From assembly GCA_022360575.1 (NCBI GenBank), contig JAKSCO010000069.1, positions 4,702 through 68,701 of the forward strand: 64,000 nucleotides of DNA, written 5' to 3'. The notes beneath the pieces are model-generated. The model saw nothing but the letters and a program-made list of their open reading frames with translations, had not been told where the DNA came from and ran no database searches. This document shows, one piece after another, positions 46,280 to 54,814 of the stretch. The stretch comes from Bacteroidales bacterium. Lineage in GTDB: Bacteria > Bacteroidota > Bacteroidia > Bacteroidales > UBA12077. The stretch's first letter is position 1, and the number at the start of each line of letters is the position of its first letter. The translations under genes were made by a program, and so were the position numbers.

Positions 46280-47504
46280 TCAACTTATCGAGAATTAAAT
46301 TTGTTGCTCCACAATGTTGTTTTACATAATTTGCCGAACGATTCCCTGATTGAAGTATAAAGTCGTAATCATCAAGCAACTTCAATATTATATCTTCATA
46401 ATCTGTTGCCGAGCTAATAGCGAAAGCTGCTTGTTGTTTTAATAAATCGAGGGCTTCTTGAAATTTCTGATAATTGGGACCAAAAATTACGGGTAGTCCA
46501 AAAGTTGCTGCTTCTAATGTGTTATGAATACCTTTCCCAAAACCACCTCCTATATACGCTATATCTCCATATTTATATAAAGACGATAACATTCCTATGC
46601 TATCAATAATTAACACATCGGCCTTTTCAATATTTGTTTCGTTTGCATCAGAATATTTTAACACATTTGTTTTTGCTGTAAAAGCATTTATTATTCTCGA
46701 AATATTATCGCTATGTATTTCGTGAGGAGCAATTATTAGTTTATATCGCGAGTTTTGATTAAAAAAGCCAATTATAATTTCTTCGTCGGGTTTCCACGAG
46801 CTTCCCGCAATTATAATTTTAGAATTGTTCTTAAATTTTTCTACTAAAGGTAGTTCTTTAGCTTTTTGTGCTATTGCAAAAACCCTATCAAACCGGGTGT
46901 CTCCCGATATACTAACATTATTTAATTCTATAGAATTAAGTAAATCATGCGAGTTTTTATTCTGAACAAAAAAGTGAGTAAAATTATTTAGCATGCGACG
47001 AGCATTTTTTCCATACCATTTAAAAAAATGTTGGTTTTTCCTAAAAATTCCCGACACCAGATAAAGAGGGATTTCTCTTCGTCCTATTTCTTGAATAAAA
47101 CATTGCCAAAATTCGTATTTTATAAAAAAAACAATTCGAGGATTTACAATGTCAATAAATTGTTTTGCATTTCTTGGGGTGTCTATTGGTAAGTAATATA
47201 CATAATCGGCAAACTCATAATTTTTACGAATCTCGTATCCCGAAGGAGAAAAAAATGTTAATAATATTTTATGATCAGTATATTTCTTTTTGTAGGCCTC
47301 AATAACAGGTCTACCTTGCTCAAATTCCCCTAACGATGCACAATGAAACCAAGCAACAGGCTCCCCCGGAACAATCTCATCCTTTAATCGATTCAACAAA
47401 TTTTTGCGTCCATCAATCCATTGTTTGGCTTTAAGATTAAATAAAGCAAATATCGAAATTATTAAATAATAAGCCTTTAAAGCTATGGTGTAAAAAAATG
47501 TCAT
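46275..47504 (-). CDS. waaA: 3-deoxy-D-manno-octulosonic acid (Kdo) transferase
   Basis: WFHCASLGEFEQGRPVIEA, the GDTRFD motif and IGGGFGKGIHNTLEAATFGLPVIFGPN. Length is 409 aa. Confidence 0.85.
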   Translation of the reverse strand: MTFFYTIALKAYYLIISIFALFNLKAKQWIDGRKNLLNRLKDEIVPGEPVAWFHCASLGEFEQGRPVIEAYKKKYTDHKILLTFFSPSGYEIRKNYEFADYVYYLPIDTPRNAKQFIDIVNPRIVFFIKYEFWQCFIQEIGRREIPLYLVSGIFRKNQHFFKWYGKNARRMLNNFTHFFVQNKNSHDLLNSIELNNVSISGDTRFDRVFAIAQKAKELPLVEKFKNNSKIIIAGSSWKPDEEIIIGFFNQNSRYKLIIAPHEIHSDNISRIINAFTAKTNVLKYSDANETNIEKADVLIIDSIGMLSSLYKYGDIAYIGGGFGKGIHNTLEAATFGLPVIFGPNYQKFQEALDLLKQQAAFAISSATDYEDIILKLLDDYDFILQSGNRSANYVKQHCGATNLILDKLS

Positions 47505-47930
47505 ATATATTAATGTGTAAAGTACGAAACAAAATTAACAGAGTTAATCTTAAAATAATAGATTTTTAACAATTTTAATATTTAAATGGAATATGAGTTC
47601 CAAAATATGGTAGGTATAGTTAAAAATATTTTCTTGGTTAGTATCTATTAGAAATGATAAAAGAATTATTTTCAGAAATACGCGACACAGAAAAATAATC
47701 TAATAAATTACGAGTAATTATATGTATATTCTATTTGTTGATTCTCGCTGTAGAGTCCTACAAGCGCTGAGAATAGAATAATATTTTACTATGTATGGCA
47801 AATTTTTACAATATTTTTCACTTTTTTCGTAAGTTTTCCTCTTACAACTCTTGTTTTTTAAAGATTTTTTATACTTTTAGGCATCAATTAATGAAAATTT
47901 CTTGATACCCTAACCCTAAAATTTAAACCC

Positions 47931-47963
47931 AAAGGTCTTCCTTAACGAAGACCTTTTTTATTT
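47931..47963 (+). terminator. strong plus-strand rho-independent terminator with no upstream ORF
   Basis: AAAGGTCTTC-cttaac-GAAGACCTTT is a 10-bp perfect stem followed by TTTTATTTTCTTT. Confidence 0.6.
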
Positions 47964-48039
47964 TCTTTAATTTTTATTTTTCCTTTCAACATATTGAATA
48001 TATTTTTCGTTTTTAAAATAGTTTTAACATTTTCATAAT

Positions 48040-51000
48040 TTGCTAAGAAAGATAATCTTCATATTAACACTATTTATAAGTACAAACTTAACTGCTCAGA
48101 ATTTAAGTAATATCCGATATAAAAGCTTAAAAGTAGATTTAGACACCATACTTGTCGATTCGTTGTCCATAGTCCCAGGATCAGAGATTATCTCTTATCG
48201 TGATAAAATTCTAAATAAAAACGATTATTCTATAGATTACCCAAAATCTGTGCTGACACTTTCTCAATACATTGTTGATTCGATAAACTATATAACTATA
48301 AGGTATCGGGTTTTCCCGATAAATTTTGCCGAACACACATATTTCCGAAAAACAGATGATGTTATCATTACAGGACCTGTTTTAACTTACCCTAAAGAAC
48401 GACATAGGAATACAGCATATAATTTTTTTAACGATAATCAAATTGATAAAAGAGGAAGCATATCGAGAGGTATAACAATCGGAAATAATCAAGATGCCGT
48501 AATTAATTCAAATCTAAATCTACAAATGTCTGGAAAACTTAGTCAGGATATGTATATTATGGCTGCAATATCAGACAAAAATATCCCTATACAACCAGAA
48601 GGAAATTCGCAGCAAATACAAGAGTTTGATAAGATATTTATTCAGCTGTATAACGATAAAACCAAACTTGTTGCCGGAAATTTCGAAATTTACAAACCCT
48701 CTGTATACTTCATGAATGTGAATAAAAAAGGTTTGGGAGCTTTATTCTCGTCGAAAATAGCCTTGAAAAACAAAAAATCATTGCAAACAACTGTAAGTGG
48801 AGCTATATCCAGAGGGAAATATTGTCGAAAAAAAATTCAGGGACAAGAAGGGAATCAAGGTCCGTATAAAATCACTGGTTGCGAAAACGAACAATTTATA
48901 ATTATCCTATCGGCTACCGAGCGGGTCTTTATTAACGGAAAATTACTGAAACGAGGTAAAGAAAATGATTATACCATAGATTATAATACAGGCGAACTAA
49001 CTTTTACTGCTAATAATCCAATAACTAAAGATTCTAGAATTAGTGTAGAATTCGAATATACCGAAAGAAGCTATTCGCGATTTTTTATTTATAGCGAAAA
49101 CGAGATAAAAATTTCCAAAGGGAAGGTTTGGATTAATGTATTTTCAGAACAAGACAGCAAAAACCAACCAATAAATCAGAGTTTAACTTCTGATCAAAAG
49201 AAATTACTATCCGAAATAGGCGATAATATCGAAAAAGCAGTAATTCCTAATGTTGATAGTGTCGAATTTCGGAGCGATTATGTATTGTACGAAAAAACAG
49301 ATACTCTAGTAAATAAAAGAGTGTATTCGATATACAGACATTCCAAAAATCCCAGAAAGGCATATTATCAGGTAGGTTTTAGTTTAACACCCGATAATAA
49401 AGGCGATTATATTCAGGTTCAGAATTCGGCAAACGGAAAGGTTTTTAAATGGGTTGCCCCGATAAATAATATTCCTCAGGGAAATTATCAGCCGGTTCGA
49501 TTGCTTGTTTCTCCTAAAAAACAACAAATGTTAGATTTCGGAAGCGAGCTGAAACTAAATGCGCGAACACAAACAAATTTCGAAGTAGCTTTAAGTAATA
49601 AGGATGTTAATACTTTTTCGAGTATTGGTAATTCTGATAATGCAGGTTATGCTATAAAACTTGATGTTACAAATTTCTGGTTGATAAAAGATACCCTGAA
49701 AAACAACCTTAACACGACGGTTTCTTATCGTCTGATAAATAAAAATTTCGAAGCAATAGAACGATTTCGACCTATCGAATTTGAAAGAGACTGGAATATT
49801 GTTGTCCCGTTTACTTCCGACGAGCATTTGGGACAATTTAATGTTGCATATAAACATAAAAATGATTTAAGGACTAGGTATGGGTTCGATTTTTTATCCG
49901 GGAATGATTATTTGGGTTATAAAAATAACTTGGGCTTATATGTTAATAAATCAAAATTTGATTTTACAGTGGATGCTAGCTTGTTAAATACAAACTCAGA
50001 TTTTAATACAACTCGATATATAAAATCGTTTATAGATATTAACAAGGAACTTAAATTTATTAAGATAGGAGCTAATACCGAACAAGAATACAATAAATGG
50101 AAATCGGCAAACGATAGTTTACAAAGTAATAGTTTCAATTTCGATGCATATAAAATATATATAACAAATCCCGAATCGTATGTAAATAAATACAGCTTAA
50201 GCTACACCTTGCGTAATGATTATCTGCCTTCGTTTAATAAGTTTTCTCATGCAACAAAAGCCGAAGATCTTAGAGTAAACTTTGGTTTACTGAAAAACCC
50301 AGCAAGTATTTTAAAAGCAGGTTTAAACTATAGAACGCTCGATGTAAGAGATACTTCGTTGGTTAAAGAAAAAGCTGAAAATACACTTACCGGACGACTC
50401 GATTATTCTTTTAAATTGTTTAAAGGAATTGTTTCGTCGCTTACTTTTTACGAAGCCGGTTCGGGACTCGAACCCAAAAGAGAATATTCATACTTGAAGG
50501 TTACCGACGGACAAGGAACCTATGCTTGGACTGATTACAATGAAAATAAAACTGCCGAATTAAATGAGTTTGAAGTTGCAAAATTCCAAGATCAAGCAAA
50601 TTATATACGAGTTTACACTACTGCCAATAATTATATCAAGACAAACAAAAACGAATTTAGTCAGACTTTGAACATCAATCCTTATACTAATTGGAGGAGT
50701 AAAAAAGGACTACGAAAGATATTATCGCATTTCTCAAATAGTTTTGCATATTTAGTTAAGCAAAAAACTACGAATGACGATATTAATAGTTTTAATCCTT
50801 TTTATAAAGCTCAGGATACAACAATTATTAACTTAGAGAAAAATTTGCGGAATACTTTTTCGTTTAATCGTTCTCATACAAAATATGGTGTCGATTATAT
50901 TTTTCAGGAGAATGGGAGTAAACTTCTTTTATTAAATGGAATAGAAGAACGAAACAGACTTATACATGCTCTTAATGCTCGTTTTCGCTTTTTATCTGAT

Positions 51001-51474
51001 TTTACAATACAAAACAAATCCGAGCTAGGTTTTAAGAAATATAAATCAGAATTTTTTTCGAAACAAAACTATACAATAAAATACTCTCAGAATGATTTTG
51101 CGATTATTTATCAACCGGGATTTAAAACACGAATAAAGCTTAATTATAAATACAACGAAAAACGAAATACTTTGTCTATTGAAAAATCATATTTAAACAA
51201 TTTGGGTTTAGAGTTAAGTTATTCTATTTCAAAAAAAGGAACATTAAGAGCTAAATTCGATTACTTGAAAATTAAGTACAACTCAACAACAAATACTCCG
51301 ATAGCATATGAAATTCTGGAGGGCTTAAAGCCGGGGAATAATGGTGTTTGGAATTTTCAGTTTCAGATGAAATTAGCAAAAAACTTAGAAATGAACATTA
51401 ATTATGACGGACGTATTTCGGAAACAACCAAAACAATTCATACCGGAAATGTTCAATTAAGGGCATTTTTTTAA
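48040..51474 (+). CDS. large predicted outer-membrane protein of unknown function (signal peptide, beta-rich, C-terminal Phe)
   Basis: MLRKIIFILTLFISTNLTAQ signal with a TTG start. It has 1144 aa with alternating beta-strand-like patterns in the C-terminal half and ends ...GNVQLRAFF, as many OM beta-barrels do. No family recognised. Confidence 0.5.
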   Translation: MLRKIIFILTLFISTNLTAQNLSNIRYKSLKVDLDTILVDSLSIVPGSEIISYRDKILNKNDYSIDYPKSVLTLSQYIVDSINYITIRYRVFPINFAEHTYFRKTDDVIITGPVLTYPKERHRNTAYNFFNDNQIDKRGSISRGITIGNNQDAVINSNLNLQMSGKLSQDMYIMAAISDKNIPIQPEGNSQQIQEFDKIFIQLYNDKTKLVAGNFEIYKPSVYFMNVNKKGLGALFSSKIALKNKKSLQTTVSGAISRGKYCRKKIQGQEGNQGPYKITGCENEQFIIILSATERVFINGKLLKRGKENDYTIDYNTGELTFTANNPITKDSRISVEFEYTERSYSRFFIYSENEIKISKGKVWINVFSEQDSKNQPINQSLTSDQKKLLSEIGDNIEKAVIPNVDSVEFRSDYVLYEKTDTLVNKRVYSIYRHSKNPRKAYYQVGFSLTPDNKGDYIQVQNSANGKVFKWVAPINNIPQGNYQPVRLLVSPKKQQMLDFGSELKLNARTQTNFEVALSNKDVNTFSSIGNSDNAGYAIKLDVTNFWLIKDTLKNNLNTTVSYRLINKNFEAIERFRPIEFERDWNIVVPFTSDEHLGQFNVAYKHKNDLRTRYGFDFLSGNDYLGYKNNLGLYVNKSKFDFTVDASLLNTNSDFNTTRYIKSFIDINKELKFIKIGANTEQEYNKWKSANDSLQSNSFNFDAYKIYITNPESYVNKYSLSYTLRNDYLPSFNKFSHATKAEDLRVNFGLLKNPASILKAGLNYRTLDVRDTSLVKEKAENTLTGRLDYSFKLFKGIVSSLTFYEAGSGLEPKREYSYLKVTDGQGTYAWTDYNENKTAELNEFEVAKFQDQANYIRVYTTANNYIKTNKNEFSQTLNINPYTNWRSKKGLRKILSHFSNSFAYLVKQKTTNDDINSFNPFYKAQDTTIINLEKNLRNTFSFNRSHTKYGVDYIFQENGSKLLLLNGIEERNRLIHALNARFRFLSDFTIQNKSELGFKKYKSEFFSKQNYTIKYSQNDFAIIYQPGFKTRIKLNYKYNEKRNTLSIEKSYLNNLGLELSYSISKKGTLRAKFDYLKIKYNSTTNTPIAYEILEGLKPGNNGVWNFQFQMKLAKNLEMNINYDGRISETTKTIHTGNVQLRAFF

Positions 51475-51481
51475 ATACGAA

Positions 51482-52699
51482 TTAGAATGCAGCCATTAGT
51501 AAATCAATATCTTTCCAAGGAATATCAAAATGATTTCCAATGTGTTCATTTGTTAATATCCCATTGTATATATAAACCCCATGGCGTAATCCAGCATCTT
51601 TTTTTAGTAGTTGTTTTACTCCGCCCGCTTCGGCTATTTCTTGTAGTAAAGGATTAAAAACATTGCTTAAAGCAATTGATGCTGTTCGGGCTACTCGCGA
51701 AGGAATATTCGGGACACAATAGTGTATAACATTGTATTTCGTAAAAGTAGGTTTAATATGATTTGTACATTTCGAAGTTTCAATACACCCTCCACGATCA
51801 ATGCTTAGATCTACAATTACGGCTCCCTTTTTCATATCTTGAACCATTTTTTCTGTTATAACATATCGAGGTCCTTTATCATCAAGATACACAGCTCCTA
51901 TAACAATATCAGCTGATTTGAGATGGTTTTGCAAAACCTGAGGATGAAAAACAGAGGTAAATAGTGTTTGCGATAAATGAGATTGTAAACGTTTTAGTTT
52001 GGTAATCGAAAAGTCAAAAACTTTGACAAAAGCACCTAGTCCTTGAGCTGCACGTACAGCATATTCGGCGGCAGTCCCTGCTCCTAAAATAACAACTTCG
52101 GTAGGAGTTATTCCAGTAACACCTCCAAGCAAAATCCCTTTCCCCTTATTTACATTACTTAAATATTCGGCAGCAATTAAAACCGAAGATGTTCCTGCTA
52201 TTTCACTCATTGAACGAATTACCGGAAAACAATTGTCCTTTCCTTTTAAACCTTCAAAAGAGATTGCTGTAATTTTCTTCTGCATTAATTTCCGAACATA
52301 CTCTTCGGTTTTTGATCGAAAATGCAACGAAGAAAATAATATCTGATTTTGTTTGCAAAGCTCTATTTCTTCGAGAATAGGAGCTGCTATTTTTAGAATA
52401 ATATCGCTTTTAAATACATCTATTTTAGTGCTTATTCTGGCTCCACATTCACTATAGTCAGAATCCGAATAGTTTGTAGCATCTCCAGCTCCTTTTTCAA
52501 GAGCCACTTCGTGCCCAGAATTAACTAATATCTCAACGGCTTCGGGCGTTAGGGCTACTCTGCTTTCAAAATCTTTATTTTCTTTAGGAATTCCAATAAT
52601 GAGTTTTTTTTTCTTTTTCCCTATCTCAAGCATCTCTTCTTGAGGCAAGAAACCTGTACTTCCGAAAGCATAACCTGCTTCTCTTTTTTTTTCGGTCAT
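51482..52699 (-). CDS. alanine dehydrogenase / PNT-alpha family NAD(H) enzyme
   Basis: IGIPKENKDFESRVALTPEAVEILVNSGHEVALEKGAG and the VVILGAGTAAEYAVRAAQGLGA Rossmann loop. Confidence 0.75.
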   Translation of the reverse strand: MTEKKREAGYAFGSTGFLPQEEMLEIGKKKKKLIIGIPKENKDFESRVALTPEAVEILVNSGHEVALEKGAGDATNYSDSDYSECGARISTKIDVFKSDIILKIAAPILEEIELCKQNQILFSSLHFRSKTEEYVRKLMQKKITAISFEGLKGKDNCFPVIRSMSEIAGTSSVLIAAEYLSNVNKGKGILLGGVTGITPTEVVILGAGTAAEYAVRAAQGLGAFVKVFDFSITKLKRLQSHLSQTLFTSVFHPQVLQNHLKSADIVIGAVYLDDKGPRYVITEKMVQDMKKGAVIVDLSIDRGGCIETSKCTNHIKPTFTKYNVIHYCVPNIPSRVARTASIALSNVFNPLLQEIAEAGGVKQLLKKDAGLRHGVYIYNGILTNEHIGNHFDIPWKDIDLLMAAF

Positions 52700-52785
52700 A
52701 GTATTATTTGGAATTAATGTGGCCGGACAAAATAATATAAATACTCGAGTATTTCAAATATTTTTATATTTATATAACATCTATT

Positions 52786-53202
52786 TTAATGAATAGCGAT
52801 TACACGAGATCCATCGTTTTGTTCCTCTATTTTTACATAAACAACATCTTCGGGTAACAGTTCAGCAATTCTTTCGGGCCATTCGATAAAACAATAATTG
52901 CCCGAATAAAAATAATCTTCATAACCTAAATCATATGCTTCTTCAAAGTTATCTATCCTGTAAAAGTCAAAATGATAAATTATCTGCTTTGTGCCTGTTT
53001 CGTATTCGTTAATTAATGCAAAAGTAGGACTAGTAACAATTTCGGCAACACCTAATTCGTTGCACAAAGCTTTTATAAAAGTTGTTTTACCTACTCCCAT
53101 AGAGCCAAAAAAGGCAAATACTCTTTTATCTTTCATTAAACGTAGAAACTTGCCAGCTACGTTATTTAAATCAGATAAAGATTTTAAAACAATCGATTCC
53201 AT
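52786..53202 (-). CDS. tsaE: tRNA t6A biosynthesis ATPase TsaE (YjeE)
   Basis: FFGSMGVGKTTFIKAL Walker A, SPTFALINEY and HFDFYR motifs. Confidence 0.85.
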   Translation of the reverse strand: MESIVLKSLSDLNNVAGKFLRLMKDKRVFAFFGSMGVGKTTFIKALCNELGVAEIVTSPTFALINEYETGTKQIIYHFDFYRIDNFEEAYDLGYEDYFYSGNYCFIEWPERIAELLPEDVVYVKIEEQNDGSRVIAIH

Positions 53203-53221
53203 ATGTAAATATTACGTTTAT

Positions 53222-54775
53222 TTAAGCGTTTGGTTTTAATTTAATAAACGGAATTATCATCTCCTCCATCGATATCCCTCCATGCTGAAAGGTATTTTTA
53301 TAATAATTCACATAGTAATTATATTTATTTGGATATGCTAAGAAATCATTATTCATAGCAAAAATATAACTTGTTGTAATGTTTGCTTTAGGTAGGTGCA
53401 CTTTATGAGGCTCGCGTATTTCGTAAACTTCTTTTGGATTATAATTTAAGTTTCTCCCGTTTTTATACCTCAGGTTTGTCGATGTATTTTTGTCACCTAT
53501 AACTTTTATTGGGTTTTGTACTCGAACAGTTCCGTGATCAGTTGTAATAATAAGCTTTACGTTTTGCGATTTAAGTATTTTTATTAATGAAAATAAAGGA
53601 GAATGTTTAAACCACGAAATTGTGAGTGATCTATATGCAGCTTCATCATTGGCTAGTTCTCGTATCATCTCCATTTCTGTTCTTGCATGCGAGAGCATAT
53701 CAATGTAATTGTATACTAATATATTTAAATCATTATTGAGTAGATTGCTAATGTTTTCAACTACTTTTTCTCCTGTTTTTAAATGACTAATTTTCTCGTA
53801 TCCGAATTTGTAATTTTTCCCAAATCGTTTCATTTGAGCGTCAAACAACTCTGCTTCGTTGTTATTTTTACCTCCTTCGTCACTATCGTTTAACCAATAT
53901 TGTGGATGTAGTTTGTCGATTTCGTAAGGCATTAATCCCGCAAATATAGCATTACGAGCATATTGTGTAGCTGTGGGTAGGATGCTGCAATATAGTTTTT
54001 CAGTTTCTGTTGTAAAGTAATCGTCAATTAAAGGCTGGATCAGTTTCCATTGATCGTATCTGAAATTATCGATAAGTAAAACAAAAACTTTTTCGCCCTG
54101 ATCTAATATGGGAAAAATCTCATCTTTAAACAGGTTTGGTGACATTAAAGGTTTTTTTGATCCTTCTCGAAACCAGCTTTCGTAATTCTTTTTTATAAAC
54201 CGAACAAAACCAGTATTGGCATCAGATTTTTGCATCGAAAATACTTCTTTCATTCCCGAATCAGGATTTTGTTCAAGTTCAAGTTCCCAGTAAGTTAATT
54301 TTTGGTATAGCTCAACCCATTCATCAAATGTAGCAGCATCTGACATTTGTAGTCCTATTTTTCCAAAATTTGATTGATAATTCGAAATTGTTTTCTCAGA
54401 AATAAGACGTTTGTTGTCAATATTTTTTTTAATACTTAATAGTATTTGTTTCGGATTTACAGGCTTTATCAAGTAGTCGGCAATTTTAGACCCAATGGCC
54501 TCCTCCATTATATCTTCTTCTTCGCTTTTAGTGATCATTACAACAGGAGTTGTGGCTTTTTTCTCTTTAATATGCTCTAGGGTTTGTAAACCACTCATTC
54601 CGGGCATATTTTCGTCTAAAAAGATTAAGTCAAAATCTTCAGACGAAACCAATTCGATAGCATCATCTCCATTACTGGCAGTAACTACATCAAATCCTTT
54701 TTCTTCTAAAAATAAAATATGAGGTCTTAGTAAGTCTATCTCATCATCGGTCCACAATATCCTAACTTTTTTCAC
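53222..54775 (-). CDS. porX: T9SS response regulator PorX (receiver + PglZ/alkaline-phosphatase-superfamily domain)
   Basis: VRILWTDDEIDLLRPHILFLEEKGFDV...IFLDENMPGMSG is the receiver domain. A ~380-aa PglZ-like domain follows (ITTDHGTV). Length is 517 aa. Confidence 0.8.
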   Translation of the reverse strand: MKKVRILWTDDEIDLLRPHILFLEEKGFDVVTASNGDDAIELVSSEDFDLIFLDENMPGMSGLQTLEHIKEKKATTPVVMITKSEEEDIMEEAIGSKIADYLIKPVNPKQILLSIKKNIDNKRLISEKTISNYQSNFGKIGLQMSDAATFDEWVELYQKLTYWELELEQNPDSGMKEVFSMQKSDANTGFVRFIKKNYESWFREGSKKPLMSPNLFKDEIFPILDQGEKVFVLLIDNFRYDQWKLIQPLIDDYFTTETEKLYCSILPTATQYARNAIFAGLMPYEIDKLHPQYWLNDSDEGGKNNNEAELFDAQMKRFGKNYKFGYEKISHLKTGEKVVENISNLLNNDLNILVYNYIDMLSHARTEMEMIRELANDEAAYRSLTISWFKHSPLFSLIKILKSQNVKLIITTDHGTVRVQNPIKVIGDKNTSTNLRYKNGRNLNYNPKEVYEIREPHKVHLPKANITTSYIFAMNNDFLAYPNKYNYYVNYYKNTFQHGGISMEEMIIPFIKLKPNA

Positions 54776-54814
54776 TTGCTATATTTTTTATTACATAACA
54801 CTTATAAGGTGTTT

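Noticed and set aside
52738-52755. Perfect palindrome AAATACTCGAGTATTT between tsaE and the alanine-dehydrogenase-family gene
   Set aside because: It is a single isolated 16-bp palindrome with no loop and no repeat elsewhere in the window. That is not enough to call an operator or terminator.
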